This document shows, one piece after another, positions 8,097 to 17,433 of a stretch of DNA of 20,000 bases; within the stretch, counting starts at the first letter, position 1, and each line of letters starts with the position of its first letter. The stretch lies in IMG/VR virus record IMGVR_UViG_3300025572_000450; one strand, given 5' to 3'. A model generated the notes under the pieces. That model was given only the letters and a program-made list of their open reading frames with translations, was not told where the DNA came from and made no database searches. Source of the stretch: an uncultured virus (IMG/VR IMGVR_UViG_3300025572_000450). Taxonomy: Duplodnaviria > Heunggongvirae > Uroviricota > Caudoviricetes. A program made the position numbers and the translations under genes.

Positions 8097-8566
8097 GTCT
8101 CAAAGACACATTCACAGCGATCGGCGCGCGACTGGCCACGATCACCACGCCGCAAGCGCTCAAAAAGATCTATACCGATCCGAAAGAGGCGGTCAGCGTT
8201 GGCGAGTTCCCATGTGCAGTGCTCACCCTCTCGCCTTTGGTCGAGCAGGCCTGGGTCGAGGAAACTGTCGGCGATCCGGGTCTAGCGCGCCATGACTATA
8301 TCGTGAGTATCTTTGTCTTTCTCGGCCAGCGGGCAACGCCATTGGCCGAGCTGCATAGCCGCTCGTTATTGTGGCCTGAACCGATCGCCAAAGCGCTGAT
8401 CGCCGATCTTACGCTAGGCGGCAAGGTTGCATTTATTGGCTATCCAGACGATAGCCGCCGCCTGTTCACCTATCAGTCTGGCCCAATCAGTTGGGCTGAT
8501 GGAGAATATTGGGGTATTCGATGCCAACTACCAGTGACCGAGAAAATCAGCATGACGATCGGATGA
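8093..8566 (+). CDS. Tail terminator / tail completion protein (lambda gpU/SPP1 gp17-like)
   Basis: GTG at 8093 overlaps the upstream TGA (GTGA). 'FPCAVL', 'LIADLTLGGKV'; 157 aa; two genes before the tail tube. Confidence 0.65.
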   Translation: MSLKDTFTAIGARLATITTPQALKKIYTDPKEAVSVGEFPCAVLTLSPLVEQAWVEETVGDPGLARHDYIVSIFVFLGQRATPLAELHSRSLLWPEPIAKALIADLTLGGKVAFIGYPDDSRRLFTYQSGPISWADGEYWGIRCQLPVTEKISMTIG

Positions 8567-8742
8567 TCGTTTTGCGCTGGCGTGGAAACGGTGCGTTGCC
8601 TGATGTACCGGCTCGCGACCTTAGCGCCAAGGATATCCGCGCAACGCCATATACCCAAAAGCAGCTCCTTGATAGTGGGGTGTATGAGCGCGTAGCTACA
8701 TCAGCTGCGCCAGCCGCGCCTGAAAAGGCGAAGGAGAAATAA
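8563..8742 (+). CDS. Small hypothetical protein (VPARDL...LLDSGVY)
   Basis: ATGA overlap with the upstream stop; 59 aa; its stop abuts the tail tube ATG. Confidence 0.7.
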   Translation: MIVLRWRGNGALPDVPARDLSAKDIRATPYTQKQLLDSGVYERVATSAAPAAPEKAKEK

Positions 8743-9759
8743 ATGGCACCAGGCCGAAAACGTTTACAAAAAATCCAGCTTGGTAAAGAGGCCGTTGCTG
8801 GCACTTTAGTGCCTGCGACCACAATCTGGCGCGGCGCTGGCGCAACCATCAGCGACGATCGTACCCTTGAAGAGATCGAAGAGCTCTCGGGCATCTTCGA
8901 GGGGCCGGATCGCACCAACATCACCGCCTATAAATCGACGCTGGAGCTATCGAGCACGCCGCTCACCTTCGAGCAGGTGCCGTACCTGTTTGCGATGGCG
9001 TTTGGTGGTCCTACCACCGGTGTGGCAGATGGCACCGGAAGCGACTTCATCTATACAACCAATCTGCCTACGACAAGCGTAGCAGCTCCTGTGACCTATA
9101 GCGTTCGCGCAGGCGATGACTTCCAGGCGGAGTCTATGACCTATAGCGTCTGCACCAAGATCGGAATCGAATTCACGGCTGGTAAGACGGCCACTATGAG
9201 CGCGTCGCTCTTAGGTCGAGAAACCAAGGTGACCACCTTCACACCAGCCTTGGCCTTGCCTGAGGTTGAAGATGTGCTTGGTAGCAAGTTTAAGGTCTAC
9301 CTCGACGATGTGTCGGGTAGCTACGGTACGACGCAGGTATCAAATGCGGTTCTGGCTGGCAAGATCAATTTTGAATTGACTTGGGAGCCCAAGTATACGC
9401 TCGATGGAAGCCTTGACTATAGCTATGTGATGCTCACGGGGTACAAGGCGACTGGCGAACTCACCTATGAGCACGATACCGCAGTGAGTGGCACCGGCGG
9501 CGCAAAGGAGTTCTACCGAAACCAAACCGCCAAGTTGCTCCAGCTCAAAGCGGAAGGCTCAGCTTTTGGCACGCCAGGTACTGCCTACTCGAACAAGACT
9601 TTTATTCTGGACCTCCCGATTAAGTTCACAAAGATCGGTGTGCTTGGCGACCAGAACGGCAACGATATCGTGGTGATGTCGTTCCGCAGCCGCTACAACT
9701 TAACCGCCGGTAACGCTGGTGCAGTAATTGTCGCCAATGAGCTGACAGCGCTGCCCTAG
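8743..9759 (+). CDS. Major tail (tube) protein
   Basis: RBS AAGGAG. IQLGKEAVAGT start and Thr/Gly/Ser beta-rich composition; precedes chaperone and tape measure; no sheath gene present. Confidence 0.85.
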   Translation: MAPGRKRLQKIQLGKEAVAGTLVPATTIWRGAGATISDDRTLEEIEELSGIFEGPDRTNITAYKSTLELSSTPLTFEQVPYLFAMAFGGPTTGVADGTGSDFIYTTNLPTTSVAAPVTYSVRAGDDFQAESMTYSVCTKIGIEFTAGKTATMSASLLGRETKVTTFTPALALPEVEDVLGSKFKVYLDDVSGSYGTTQVSNAVLAGKINFELTWEPKYTLDGSLDYSYVMLTGYKATGELTYEHDTAVSGTGGAKEFYRNQTAKLLQLKAEGSAFGTPGTAYSNKTFILDLPIKFTKIGVLGDQNGNDIVVMSFRSRYNLTAGNAGAVIVANELTALP

Positions 9760-9805
9760 CGATCGCTCGTGTTGGAGATTCTCTAGCTATAGTAAGGATA
9801 GAACA

Positions 9806-10204
9806 ATGGCCAGACTGGTACCCGCCCGTCTCGAAGATGCGTATGACGAATCCGAAGTAGAGCTGGAAGAAGAGGTAGAGCAAGAAGAAGAGGTAGAGCA
9901 AGAAGAGCAGGTTCGGAGTTATACGATCGACCTGACAAAGGTCAAGGTCAAAACCCTGCGTGCATTTGAAGCCGCCCAGCGCCGAGGCTTCACAATGGAT
10001 GACTTGGTGAATCTGCTGCCTCAGTTGATCGATGGTATCACCAGCGAAGAAATCGACGAAATGAATATCGTCGAGCTTGAAGAGACCATGCGCGCGGTCG
10101 AAACCCAAATGGGTGGCGCAATCCCAAAAGCGAAAGGGGCGACCTCCTTCTCGCCCTCCAAGGCTTCCAAGGTATCGCGCCCCCTGCATGGGCGGAGACG
10201 CTGA
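9806..10204 (+). CDS. Tail assembly chaperone (gpG analogue)
   Basis: RBS AAGGA; acidic 132 aa protein between tube and tape measure; 'EEIDEMNIVEL' motif; contains a slippery site. Confidence 0.85.
   Translation: MARLVPARLEDAYDESEVELEEEVEQEEEVEQEEQVRSYTIDLTKVKVKTLRAFEAAQRRGFTMDDLVNLLPQLIDGITSEEIDEMNIVELEETMRAVETQMGGAIPKAKGATSFSPSKASKVSRPLHGRRR
9866..9901 (+). repeat. 18-bp tandem repeat GAAGAAGAGGTAGAGCAA x2 (EEEVEQ)
   Basis: Direct reading of the sequence. Confidence 0.9.
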
Positions 10205-10362
10205 CACTTGCTGAACAAGGTTGGGGCCGCCCCGACATTATCGAGTCGGAATTACCTGCTATTTGGTTGCTACGTTATCGCTTCCTCAGTAATGCACGTG
10301 CGTCATTGCACCCCTCAGGCATCCCCCTAAACGATGCCGACGACTGGAATAAGTTGTCATAG
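10123..10362 (+). CDS. -1 frameshift extension of tail chaperone (gpGT analogue; full product 9806-10362, ~185 aa)
   Basis: Correctly phased heptamer C CCA AAA (10123-10129). The -1 frame is open for 77 codons (SERGDLLLALQGFQGIAPPAWAETLTLAEQGWGRPDIIESELPAIWLLRYRF...WNKLS) to TAG 10360-10362 and has no ATG. Confidence 0.85.
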   Translation, partial: PKSERGDLLLALQGFQGIAPPAWAETLTLAEQGWGRPDIIESELPAIWLLRYRFLSNARASLHPSGIPLNDADDWNKLS

Positions 10363-10386
10363 CGCCCTGAACAAAACAGGGCGCTA
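10360..10386 (+). promoter_or_regulatory. Perfect 10-bp stem-loop directly upstream of tape measure RBS
   Basis: TAGCGCCCTG-AACAAAA-CAGGGCGCTA, followed by GGGGTG and ATG 10396; no U tract. Confidence 0.65.
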
Positions 10387-10395
10387 GGGGTGTAT

Positions 10396-13300
10396 ATGGC
10401 TGTTACGATCACCATTAAAGGTACAGACGAAACACGTTCCGCTTTTACCGGTGTCATCGATGGACTTGATGATATCGGTAAGGCGGCCAATCAAGCCAAC
10501 GGCCAAACGACTGGCTTCTTTTCGGGCATGCTGCAAAGCGCTGCTGGCTTTCTGGCTGCCAATGTGATCGGATCAATCACCGCCTCGATCGGCGATGCGG
10601 TTGGCTCGATCTTTTCGTTTGCTTCTGATAGTCGCCAAGCTATTGCCGACCTTCAAGCTCAGCTAGGGATCACCCGCCAAGAGGCCGAACAATGGGGCGG
10701 CTTGGCTCAGGAGATCTTCGTCAACAACTGGGGCGATTCGATCGACGATGTCAATGCTGCCATTATTGATGTTCAGCAACAGTTCGAGACGCTTGGTGGG
10801 ATTGGCCGCGACGAAACCCAAGAGCTAGTCCAAGGCGCAATCGCCCTGCGCGATGGTTTTGGCGGGCAGACAACTGAATACATTAGCGCAGCACGAACGC
10901 TAATGGAGCAGTTTGGTATCTCTGGCCAAGAGGCGCTCGACTTTATCACGAGCGGCATGCAGTCGGGCATGAATGCCTCTGGCGATTTCCTAGACACCAT
11001 CGGCGAGTATTCTACTCAGTTTGCCCAGGGCGGCGCATCTGCTGAGCAGTTCTTCTCTACTCTTGAGACTGGTCTTGGATCGGGAGCGCTTGGCACCGAT
11101 AAGGCCGCCGATCTCTTCAAAGAATTCACGCTGCGCATCACTGATGGTAGCAAGTCAACTGCCGAATCGCTTGAAGGTATTGGTCTAAGCGCGAGCTTTG
11201 TCGCTGATCAGATCAATAGCGGCGCGATGACCAAGGCGGATGTATTCCAGCTGGTTATCGATCGGCTGAGCGAGATGGATGACGCGGTTGCGCGCGACCA
11301 GCTCGCCGTCGGATTGCTCGGCACCCAATATGAAGATCTTGGCCTGGGCGCGGCCTTGGCGATCGATACAACCAATACCAAACTTAGCGACCTGAACGGC
11401 GCGACAGCTGGCCTAAGCGCCCAATATGACAACCTCGGCAAAGTTTGGGAGGGCATCAAGCGCAGTGCCTTAAGTGCGCTCCAGCCAATCGCTGATAGCC
11501 TGCTTGATATCGCAAACGATTTGATGCCAAGCATTCAGGCTGGTTTTGAGAGTATCGCGTCTGTTATCGAGGATTTTTCAAGCGGCGTTGTAAGTGCAAT
11601 CGATGTGATCATGGGCGTCATTTCCTCACTACGCGACGCCTGGCAATCTGACTTCAACGGCATTCGATCAACAGTTCAAAGTGCGCTCGGGGCTGTTCAA
11701 AGCACTATCCAGAACATCCTAGGAGGGGTGCTTCAGTTCTGGACTGACAATGGGGCCGAGATTCAGGCCACCGTATTCTCTGTCTGGTCGAGCCTCTATA
11801 CCACTATTCAAAATGTTGTAAATGGTATTTGGGCAGTTGTTCAGCCAATTCTGCAAATCATTGCCCAGTTCTGGGCGGAAAACGGGGCCGAGATTCAGGC
11901 GACTGTTACGCAGGTCTATGGCCAGATTGGGCAAGTGATCCAATCTGTGATGGAGCTGATCAACGCAACGGTTGTGCCGATCTTGCAAGGGATTGGCAGC
12001 TTTATCGCCACCCATAGCGAAGAGATCAAGGCGCTTCTGGTTGGCGCTTGGGATATCATCGCAACCGTTATTACCACGGCGCTGAGCGTCATTCAAGGCA
12101 CGATCAATACCGTTATCGCAATCGTCCAGGGCGATTGGGGAACCGCTTGGGAGAATATCAAGCAGGTATGTGTCGATATCGTCGACGGCATTATCTCGAT
12201 CGTCGAAACTGTTCTAGGCACCCTCGATGCCGTCTTTGGTGATGCGCTCGACGATGCCATCGATGCAGTTACCGGCTACATTCAAGACTTTATTGATGTG
12301 GGCCGCGACTTTGCCATGGGCATCGCCGACGGCTTTAAGCGCTCGCGCCAAGCCGTGATCGACGCCATTTGGGGCTCGATCAATGGCGTGATCAATTGGG
12401 TGAAGGAGCGACTTGGGATCGCATCGCCTTCTAAGGTTACGGCTGAGGTGATCGGCTTGCCCTTTATACAAGGCATCGTTGTTGGGATCGAGCGCGGCGA
12501 AGCAGCTCTCTATAATGCAGTGCGCAGGGTTGGGGACAATCTTCAAAAAGAGATCAACACAATGCGCGAGATGCTCGATGAGACGCTTGGTGCGATCTTT
12601 GAAGATCAGTTGAATGCGAATGTTGGCTTGCTCGATACCGACCTAGGAAACGAGCGAGCACTCGCCAACATTCAGGGCGATGCTGCTAAGCGTCGCCAAG
12701 AGAAGCAGCGTGAACTAGAGGCGAACAGGGCGGCGCAGCGCGAGCTATATAGCCAACTTGAGGACGATTCTCTTAGCGATACCGAACGCCAGCGACTACA
12801 AAGCGAATTAGATGAATTAAACGCACGTTCAGCTGCTCTACGAACTGAGATTGTCAGCCTAGCCAACATCCGCGATCAGCGCGTCAATTTGGCATTTCAA
12901 ACCCGTCAGCAACTTGACCAGGCACGCCAAGAAGCTGACCAGTTGGCGCAGTTTGACCCCGAAGCTGCTGAGAAGCTGTATAGCCTACGTTCCAAATACA
13001 TCACCGATCTGGCCCAGATGCGCGCCGAGCAGATCGAGGCTGGCAACACTGGCGATGGAGTTTTGGTCAATCAACTAAACCGTCAGATTGCACTGACTGA
13101 GCAGAAGTACGAGGCTGAGCTTGCCCGTCTGAACAACCAGATGAATCGGGAAAGCGTACTGGCCGACTTACTCGATCAAGTGATTGTAACGAAACAAGCA
13201 TATGACCAGCAATCTCTAAATGATCCTGACAGTATGCGCCAAGGCATTGAATTCCGAAATGCCGTAGGGGAGTTCGCTGCATTTGTGGAGCGTCTTCAGG

Positions 13301-13404
13301 AACTCAATTTTGGCAACTACAGCGTGACCATTAATGCCAATACATCAACAGATCCGATCATACAGAGCATTATGCAACTAGCAGCCATGAATCCATCAAC
13401 ATAA
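10396..13404 (+). CDS. Tape measure protein
   Basis: 1002 aa. PhageMin_Tail-like region (DFLDTIGEYSTQF, TDKAADLFKEF, LLGTQYEDLG), Trp/Phe-spaced amphipathic repeats (FWTDNGAEIQATV / FWAENGAEIQATV), LGIASPSKV motif. Confidence 0.95.
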   Translation: MAVTITIKGTDETRSAFTGVIDGLDDIGKAANQANGQTTGFFSGMLQSAAGFLAANVIGSITASIGDAVGSIFSFASDSRQAIADLQAQLGITRQEAEQWGGLAQEIFVNNWGDSIDDVNAAIIDVQQQFETLGGIGRDETQELVQGAIALRDGFGGQTTEYISAARTLMEQFGISGQEALDFITSGMQSGMNASGDFLDTIGEYSTQFAQGGASAEQFFSTLETGLGSGALGTDKAADLFKEFTLRITDGSKSTAESLEGIGLSASFVADQINSGAMTKADVFQLVIDRLSEMDDAVARDQLAVGLLGTQYEDLGLGAALAIDTTNTKLSDLNGATAGLSAQYDNLGKVWEGIKRSALSALQPIADSLLDIANDLMPSIQAGFESIASVIEDFSSGVVSAIDVIMGVISSLRDAWQSDFNGIRSTVQSALGAVQSTIQNILGGVLQFWTDNGAEIQATVFSVWSSLYTTIQNVVNGIWAVVQPILQIIAQFWAENGAEIQATVTQVYGQIGQVIQSVMELINATVVPILQGIGSFIATHSEEIKALLVGAWDIIATVITTALSVIQGTINTVIAIVQGDWGTAWENIKQVCVDIVDGIISIVETVLGTLDAVFGDALDDAIDAVTGYIQDFIDVGRDFAMGIADGFKRSRQAVIDAIWGSINGVINWVKERLGIASPSKVTAEVIGLPFIQGIVVGIERGEAALYNAVRRVGDNLQKEINTMREMLDETLGAIFEDQLNANVGLLDTDLGNERALANIQGDAAKRRQEKQRELEANRAAQRELYSQLEDDSLSDTERQRLQSELDELNARSAALRTEIVSLANIRDQRVNLAFQTRQQLDQARQEADQLAQFDPEAAEKLYSLRSKYITDLAQMRAEQIEAGNTGDGVLVNQLNRQIALTEQKYEAELARLNNQMNRESVLADLLDQVIVTKQAYDQQSLNDPDSMRQGIEFRNAVGEFAAFVERLQELNFGNYSVTINANTSTDPIIQSIMQLAAMNPST

Positions 13405-13413
13405 GGGTTAATT

Positions 13414-15780
13414 ATGGGACTATGGAACATCATTCAACCATATGGAACGGTCAACTTGGTGTCTAATCCATCATTCGAGAGAGATATAACCGGCTGGAGC
13501 GCCGCTGGCGGCAGTATCTCGCGCTCGACCAATGAGCAGCGCTTTGGGCTCCATAGTCTGCGCTGGACTCCAGCTGCAACAGCATTTGACGCCGTGTCGT
13601 TTGGTGATGTGGCCTTAGCCGACGGCTTCACCTATACCTTTTCACTCTATGTGAAGGCCGCCGTAGGTGTGGCCTATCGGCTCTATATCGGTAGCACTGG
13701 CGGGACTGTGATCGGCACGCCAACAAGTTTTGTAGCCACTGGCGAGTGGCAACGGGTTATCGTGATCTTGCCCAACGCCGCTCCAGCGACACGCCGACTC
13801 TATCTCTCGAAAGACAACAACGCGAATCAGGAGGATGTCTACATCGACGGTGTGCAGCTGGAGGAAGTCGATGGTCAGCTGCCTGGCGTGTTCATTGGCG
13901 CAACAACCTATTGCGATGGTGATCAACCAGGGTGTAAATGGCGCGGCCTCGCCCAAGCTTCACGCTCAGAGCGCTCTGGCCAGAGCGGCGCAGGCGGCAT
14001 CGTTAGGAATCTCGACGAGTTCCACGTATACGTTCAGGAGGTCGGCGGAACGGGTATGCCCGGCGTAACAAATGTAGCGACTACATTTAGCATGGCTAAT
14101 GGTGGATTGTTTCAGCGCACAATCGCTAAGCCACGTTTTTTCACCCTCATGCTGAGCGGGTACAACGAATCGAATAACTCGCTGATAGGTCTGCACCAGC
14201 TACGCCAAGATGTGATCGACGTGATCAAGCCGGATCGTCTCGGCCAGCAGCAGCCGTTTATTCTGGAATACATCGGCGGCGAGCATCCTGTTCGCATCGC
14301 GGCATTTTACGATGCTGGCCTTGAGTGGCAAGACCACAAAGGCTTTAGCCAAACTATCGGCCTGCGCTGCGTTGCATATGATCCCTACTGGTTTAGCGAA
14401 TTCGATTCGGGCCAGGTGCTCCAGACAAGCACAACGCTAAGCAGCCCGAACTATGCCCTCTTAAAAGTAGATGGCGCTTGGCGCAAGTTAGGAACAGGGC
14501 TCAACGATATCGCGCTGACGGCGTATAGAGCGCCCGACGGGGCGCTCTATGTGGGTGGCATTTTCACCACCGCCGGTGGAACAACCGTGAACCGAATCGC
14601 GAAATGGAATGGTTCTGCTTGGTCTGCTCTTGGCAGCGGCTGTAATGGACCGGTTGTAAAGATCATCGGAGACGGAACCGATAGCGGTATCTATGTGGTC
14701 GGCGCATTCACCACCGCCGGTGGAACAACCGTGAACCGAATCGCGCATTGGAACGGTTCTGCCTGGTCTGCTCTTGGCAGCGGCTGTAACAATACCGTAT
14801 ATGACGGGGTGCTCCACCCTAACGGGTTGTTATATGTGTGTGGGAACTTCTCTACCGCAGGCGGTGTGTCAGCATCTTTTGTTGCTGCCTGGGATGGCGC
14901 GAGCTGGTCTGCTCTTGGCAGTGGCTTGTCTGGTGGTGGCGGATCGGAAGCGCGTAGTATGGCTGTCGGCTTGGATGGAAAGGTTTATGTAAGCGGTACT
15001 TTTACCGCTCCATTTACTAATAACGCAGCTTGGGATCCTATCAGTCAGTTATGGAATGCTGTCCCAGGTGGCCCATCAGCCACCACTTCGGGACTAGTAA
15101 CTCGAGCCGACGGCGCTATCATTAACAACGCAGTCTTCACAGATCCTGTTTCCGGCACAAGTGTAGAGGGCGCGCTGTGGAACGGTGTCGCCTGGAGACG
15201 GTTAGAGCCATTTAATACCGATATCATTCGGCGTGTGAGTGTTGACGACGAGTTTGCCTATCTGGCCGGTCAGATCACCAAGTTTGGCGGCATTCAACCG
15301 TTTCAGATCTGGACTGGATCATACTTCATTCCTGTTGACGTGCTAACTTCAACAGAAGGGCAGCTTATCCAGATACTGCTTGATGGCAGTATTTTCGCCA
15401 GCTTTAACAGTGCGCCGACAGCATATGGCGCTGCGCAAACCAGCGTGCTCAATGAGGGTACGAGTGTAGCGTGGCCACGCTTGAGCATCACTGGCCCGGG
15501 CCAGTTGACCAGCATTATCAACCAGACCACAGGTGACGCACTCTATTTTTCAAACCTCACACTCCAGGCGAACGAGATACTTTTGATCGATCTGCGCATC
15601 GGTATAAAGACATTTCGATCCAATATGCGCGACTGCATAACCTATCTCAGTCCGGCGTCAGACTTGTCAACGTTCAGACTGTTGCCTGGTGAAAATACGA
15701 TCAGTGTACTAGCACCTGGCTGTACTGCTAACATTGTGTGGCAGGAGCGGCACTGGTCGATCGACGGAGGCGCGGTATGA
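13414..15780 (+). CDS. Evolved distal tail protein (Dit) with N-terminal carbohydrate-binding-like module and inserted beta-propeller
   Basis: Position after TMP. NLVSNPSFE...YIDGVQLE (CBM4/9-like); Dit core (LRCVAYDPYW); WNGSAWSALGSG / LYVGGIFTTAGG blades; Dit C-terminus NEGTSVAWPRLSITGP...LLPGENTI. Confidence 0.8.
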   Translation: MGLWNIIQPYGTVNLVSNPSFERDITGWSAAGGSISRSTNEQRFGLHSLRWTPAATAFDAVSFGDVALADGFTYTFSLYVKAAVGVAYRLYIGSTGGTVIGTPTSFVATGEWQRVIVILPNAAPATRRLYLSKDNNANQEDVYIDGVQLEEVDGQLPGVFIGATTYCDGDQPGCKWRGLAQASRSERSGQSGAGGIVRNLDEFHVYVQEVGGTGMPGVTNVATTFSMANGGLFQRTIAKPRFFTLMLSGYNESNNSLIGLHQLRQDVIDVIKPDRLGQQQPFILEYIGGEHPVRIAAFYDAGLEWQDHKGFSQTIGLRCVAYDPYWFSEFDSGQVLQTSTTLSSPNYALLKVDGAWRKLGTGLNDIALTAYRAPDGALYVGGIFTTAGGTTVNRIAKWNGSAWSALGSGCNGPVVKIIGDGTDSGIYVVGAFTTAGGTTVNRIAHWNGSAWSALGSGCNNTVYDGVLHPNGLLYVCGNFSTAGGVSASFVAAWDGASWSALGSGLSGGGGSEARSMAVGLDGKVYVSGTFTAPFTNNAAWDPISQLWNAVPGGPSATTSGLVTRADGAIINNAVFTDPVSGTSVEGALWNGVAWRRLEPFNTDIIRRVSVDDEFAYLAGQITKFGGIQPFQIWTGSYFIPVDVLTSTEGQLIQILLDGSIFASFNSAPTAYGAAQTSVLNEGTSVAWPRLSITGPGQLTSIINQTTGDALYFSNLTLQANEILLIDLRIGIKTFRSNMRDCITYLSPASDLSTFRLLPGENTISVLAPGCTANIVWQERHWSIDGGAV
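14563..14789 (+). repeat. 83-bp direct repeat pair (14563-14645 and 14707-14789), 4 mismatches
   Basis: Both copies encode FTTAGGTTVNRIA(K/H)WNGSAWSALGSGC; compared by eye. Confidence 0.9.
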
Positions 15781-16853
15781 CGACGAGATATGAAGTTCGC
15801 ATTCTCAGCAGTCAAGGCGTTCTCCTAAAAATTCTTGACCGCTTTACCAGCCTCCAAATCACCCATGGGCTCAATGCAATCGGCACACTTGCGCTGACCC
15901 TTCCAACTGGCATCATCGAATCGTATTTTGTTGAACCTGACACACGGATCGAGGTCTGGAGGAGTGTTACAAATGGCCCACTTAAGCCAGTCTTGAATCA
16001 AACTTGGTTTTGTCGCAAGCCGGTCATAAGTTATGGAAGCGGCAGTTATACCACAACCATCAACGCGCAATCGGCGCTCTCGCTGCTCGATACGCGCATC
16101 GTCGACGCATATGAGGGGAGTACGCAAGCCAACAAGAGCGGACCGGCTGACAACGTTATCAAGGCATATTGTCGCGAAGCGCTCGGCTCGCTGGCGGGCG
16201 CTGCGCGCGACCTGAGCGCATATCTCGACATCGAAACAAACACCAGTCAAGCACCAAACGTAGCAGCTGCAGCCAGTCGAAAGCCCTTACTACAAGTCTG
16301 CAAAGAAATTGCCCAAGACTCGGCCAGCGCTGGCACTCGACTTTATTTCGATATCACTGGTACATCAAAACTGGCACTCTGCACTTGGACTAATTTGGTG
16401 GGACTTGATCGGCGCTCGCAGCTTACGCTCTCGCCTGAATTTGGGAATCTCGACAATGTCACCTGGGCGCGAGACTCTGAGAACGAGCGCACGTTGGTGA
16501 TCGCAGGTGGTGGTGGCCAGGGCGCGAACCGTGTTGTTCAAACGGCAACTAACACAGCAGGGCTGCTGGGTAGTCCGTTCGCGCGACGTGAACTATTTGT
16601 GAATGCACCATCCGAGGATGCTCAGGCCGTGCTTGGCTATGCGCGCGCTGCTCTGCGTGCGAATCGACCGCGCCAGACCTTGAATGGTACGATCGTTCAG
16701 AACGCCACAACAGTTTTTGAGAAGCACTGGGGGTTGGGCGACCTGGTGCGCGGCCGGATACTTGACACGACTCTTGATTGTATGATCGAAGCTGTTTCAA
16801 TCCGCGTTCAAGATGGTCTTGAAACCATCACCGGTCAACTCAGGAGCATCTAA
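15777..16853 (+). CDS. Baseplate hub / minor tail protein (ReqiPepy6 gp37-like)
   Basis: ATGA overlap with Dit stop, RBS GGAGG. NAIGTLALTLP, LSPEFGNL, IAGGGGQGANR, RRELFV, HWGLGDLV motifs. Confidence 0.82.
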   Translation: MTTRYEVRILSSQGVLLKILDRFTSLQITHGLNAIGTLALTLPTGIIESYFVEPDTRIEVWRSVTNGPLKPVLNQTWFCRKPVISYGSGSYTTTINAQSALSLLDTRIVDAYEGSTQANKSGPADNVIKAYCREALGSLAGAARDLSAYLDIETNTSQAPNVAAAASRKPLLQVCKEIAQDSASAGTRLYFDITGTSKLALCTWTNLVGLDRRSQLTLSPEFGNLDNVTWARDSENERTLVIAGGGGQGANRVVQTATNTAGLLGSPFARRELFVNAPSEDAQAVLGYARAALRANRPRQTLNGTIVQNATTVFEKHWGLGDLVRGRILDTTLDCMIEAVSIRVQDGLETITGQLRSI

Positions 16854-17423
16854 ATGGACGCAGAAACCGCATTACGACTGATCGATCTTGATCAGCGTCT
16901 CAAGAATATAGAGTCTCTGAGTCGGCCGCTCGCCGACTCAGGAGCGAGCTTTCCGAGCAGCTCGCTCTTCACTGGGCGCCGATTTTTCCGGACCGATCTA
17001 GGTCTCGAGTGTTATTGGGATGGAGGGTATTGGGTAACAACCTTTGAGACTGTTATTCCAATCACAGCACAAACACAGTTTTCAGCGAACACGAACACTG
17101 CGCCGGTACTTGTTAGCGCAGCGGATATTTTCAGGGTCACCAAAATTACCATGTCGGCGTTGGTTTTCACGACCAACAATGCGAGTAATTATTGGACGAT
17201 TCAACTGCAGGCCATGAATGATGCCCATACTGCTTTTACATCGGTGATGAACGTTACGACATTAGGAATGTCGCCGAACTCATATCACCGAGGACCTCAA
17301 CCAATAGATAGTTCCCAAATCAGCGCAGGCCGATCGGCATTCAGGCTTGCTCTGACAAAGACAGGATCGCCGGGGGACCTTAGAATTATGCTAACGGTTC
17401 ATTGTAGATTTGTTATTACTTAG
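16854..17423 (+). CDS. Small tail tip / candidate receptor-binding protein
   Basis: N-terminal coiled coil (LDQRLKNIE), fibre-type motif GASFPS...GRRFFRTDLG...WDGGYW, beta-rich C-terminal domain; last intact tail gene. Confidence 0.65.
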   Translation: MDAETALRLIDLDQRLKNIESLSRPLADSGASFPSSSLFTGRRFFRTDLGLECYWDGGYWVTTFETVIPITAQTQFSANTNTAPVLVSAADIFRVTKITMSALVFTTNNASNYWTIQLQAMNDAHTAFTSVMNVTTLGMSPNSYHRGPQPIDSSQISAGRSAFRLALTKTGSPGDLRIMLTVHCRFVIT

Positions 17424-17433
17424 GAGATATTAC

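Noticed and set aside
4839..9901. Short tandem repeats (4839-4874, 9866-9901) as CRISPR or regulatory arrays
   Set aside because: Only about two adjacent in-frame copies, no spacers; slippage in acidic linkers.
14563..14789. Repeat pair as DGR template/variable repeat
   Set aside because: Both copies are in-frame blades of one gene, two of four mismatches are T/C, and no reverse transcriptase is in the window.
8743..16853. Contractile tail, eCIS or gene transfer agent
   Set aside because: No sheath or baseplate wedge genes; the full head module, long TMP and adjacent accessory operon fit an ordinary siphovirus-type phage.
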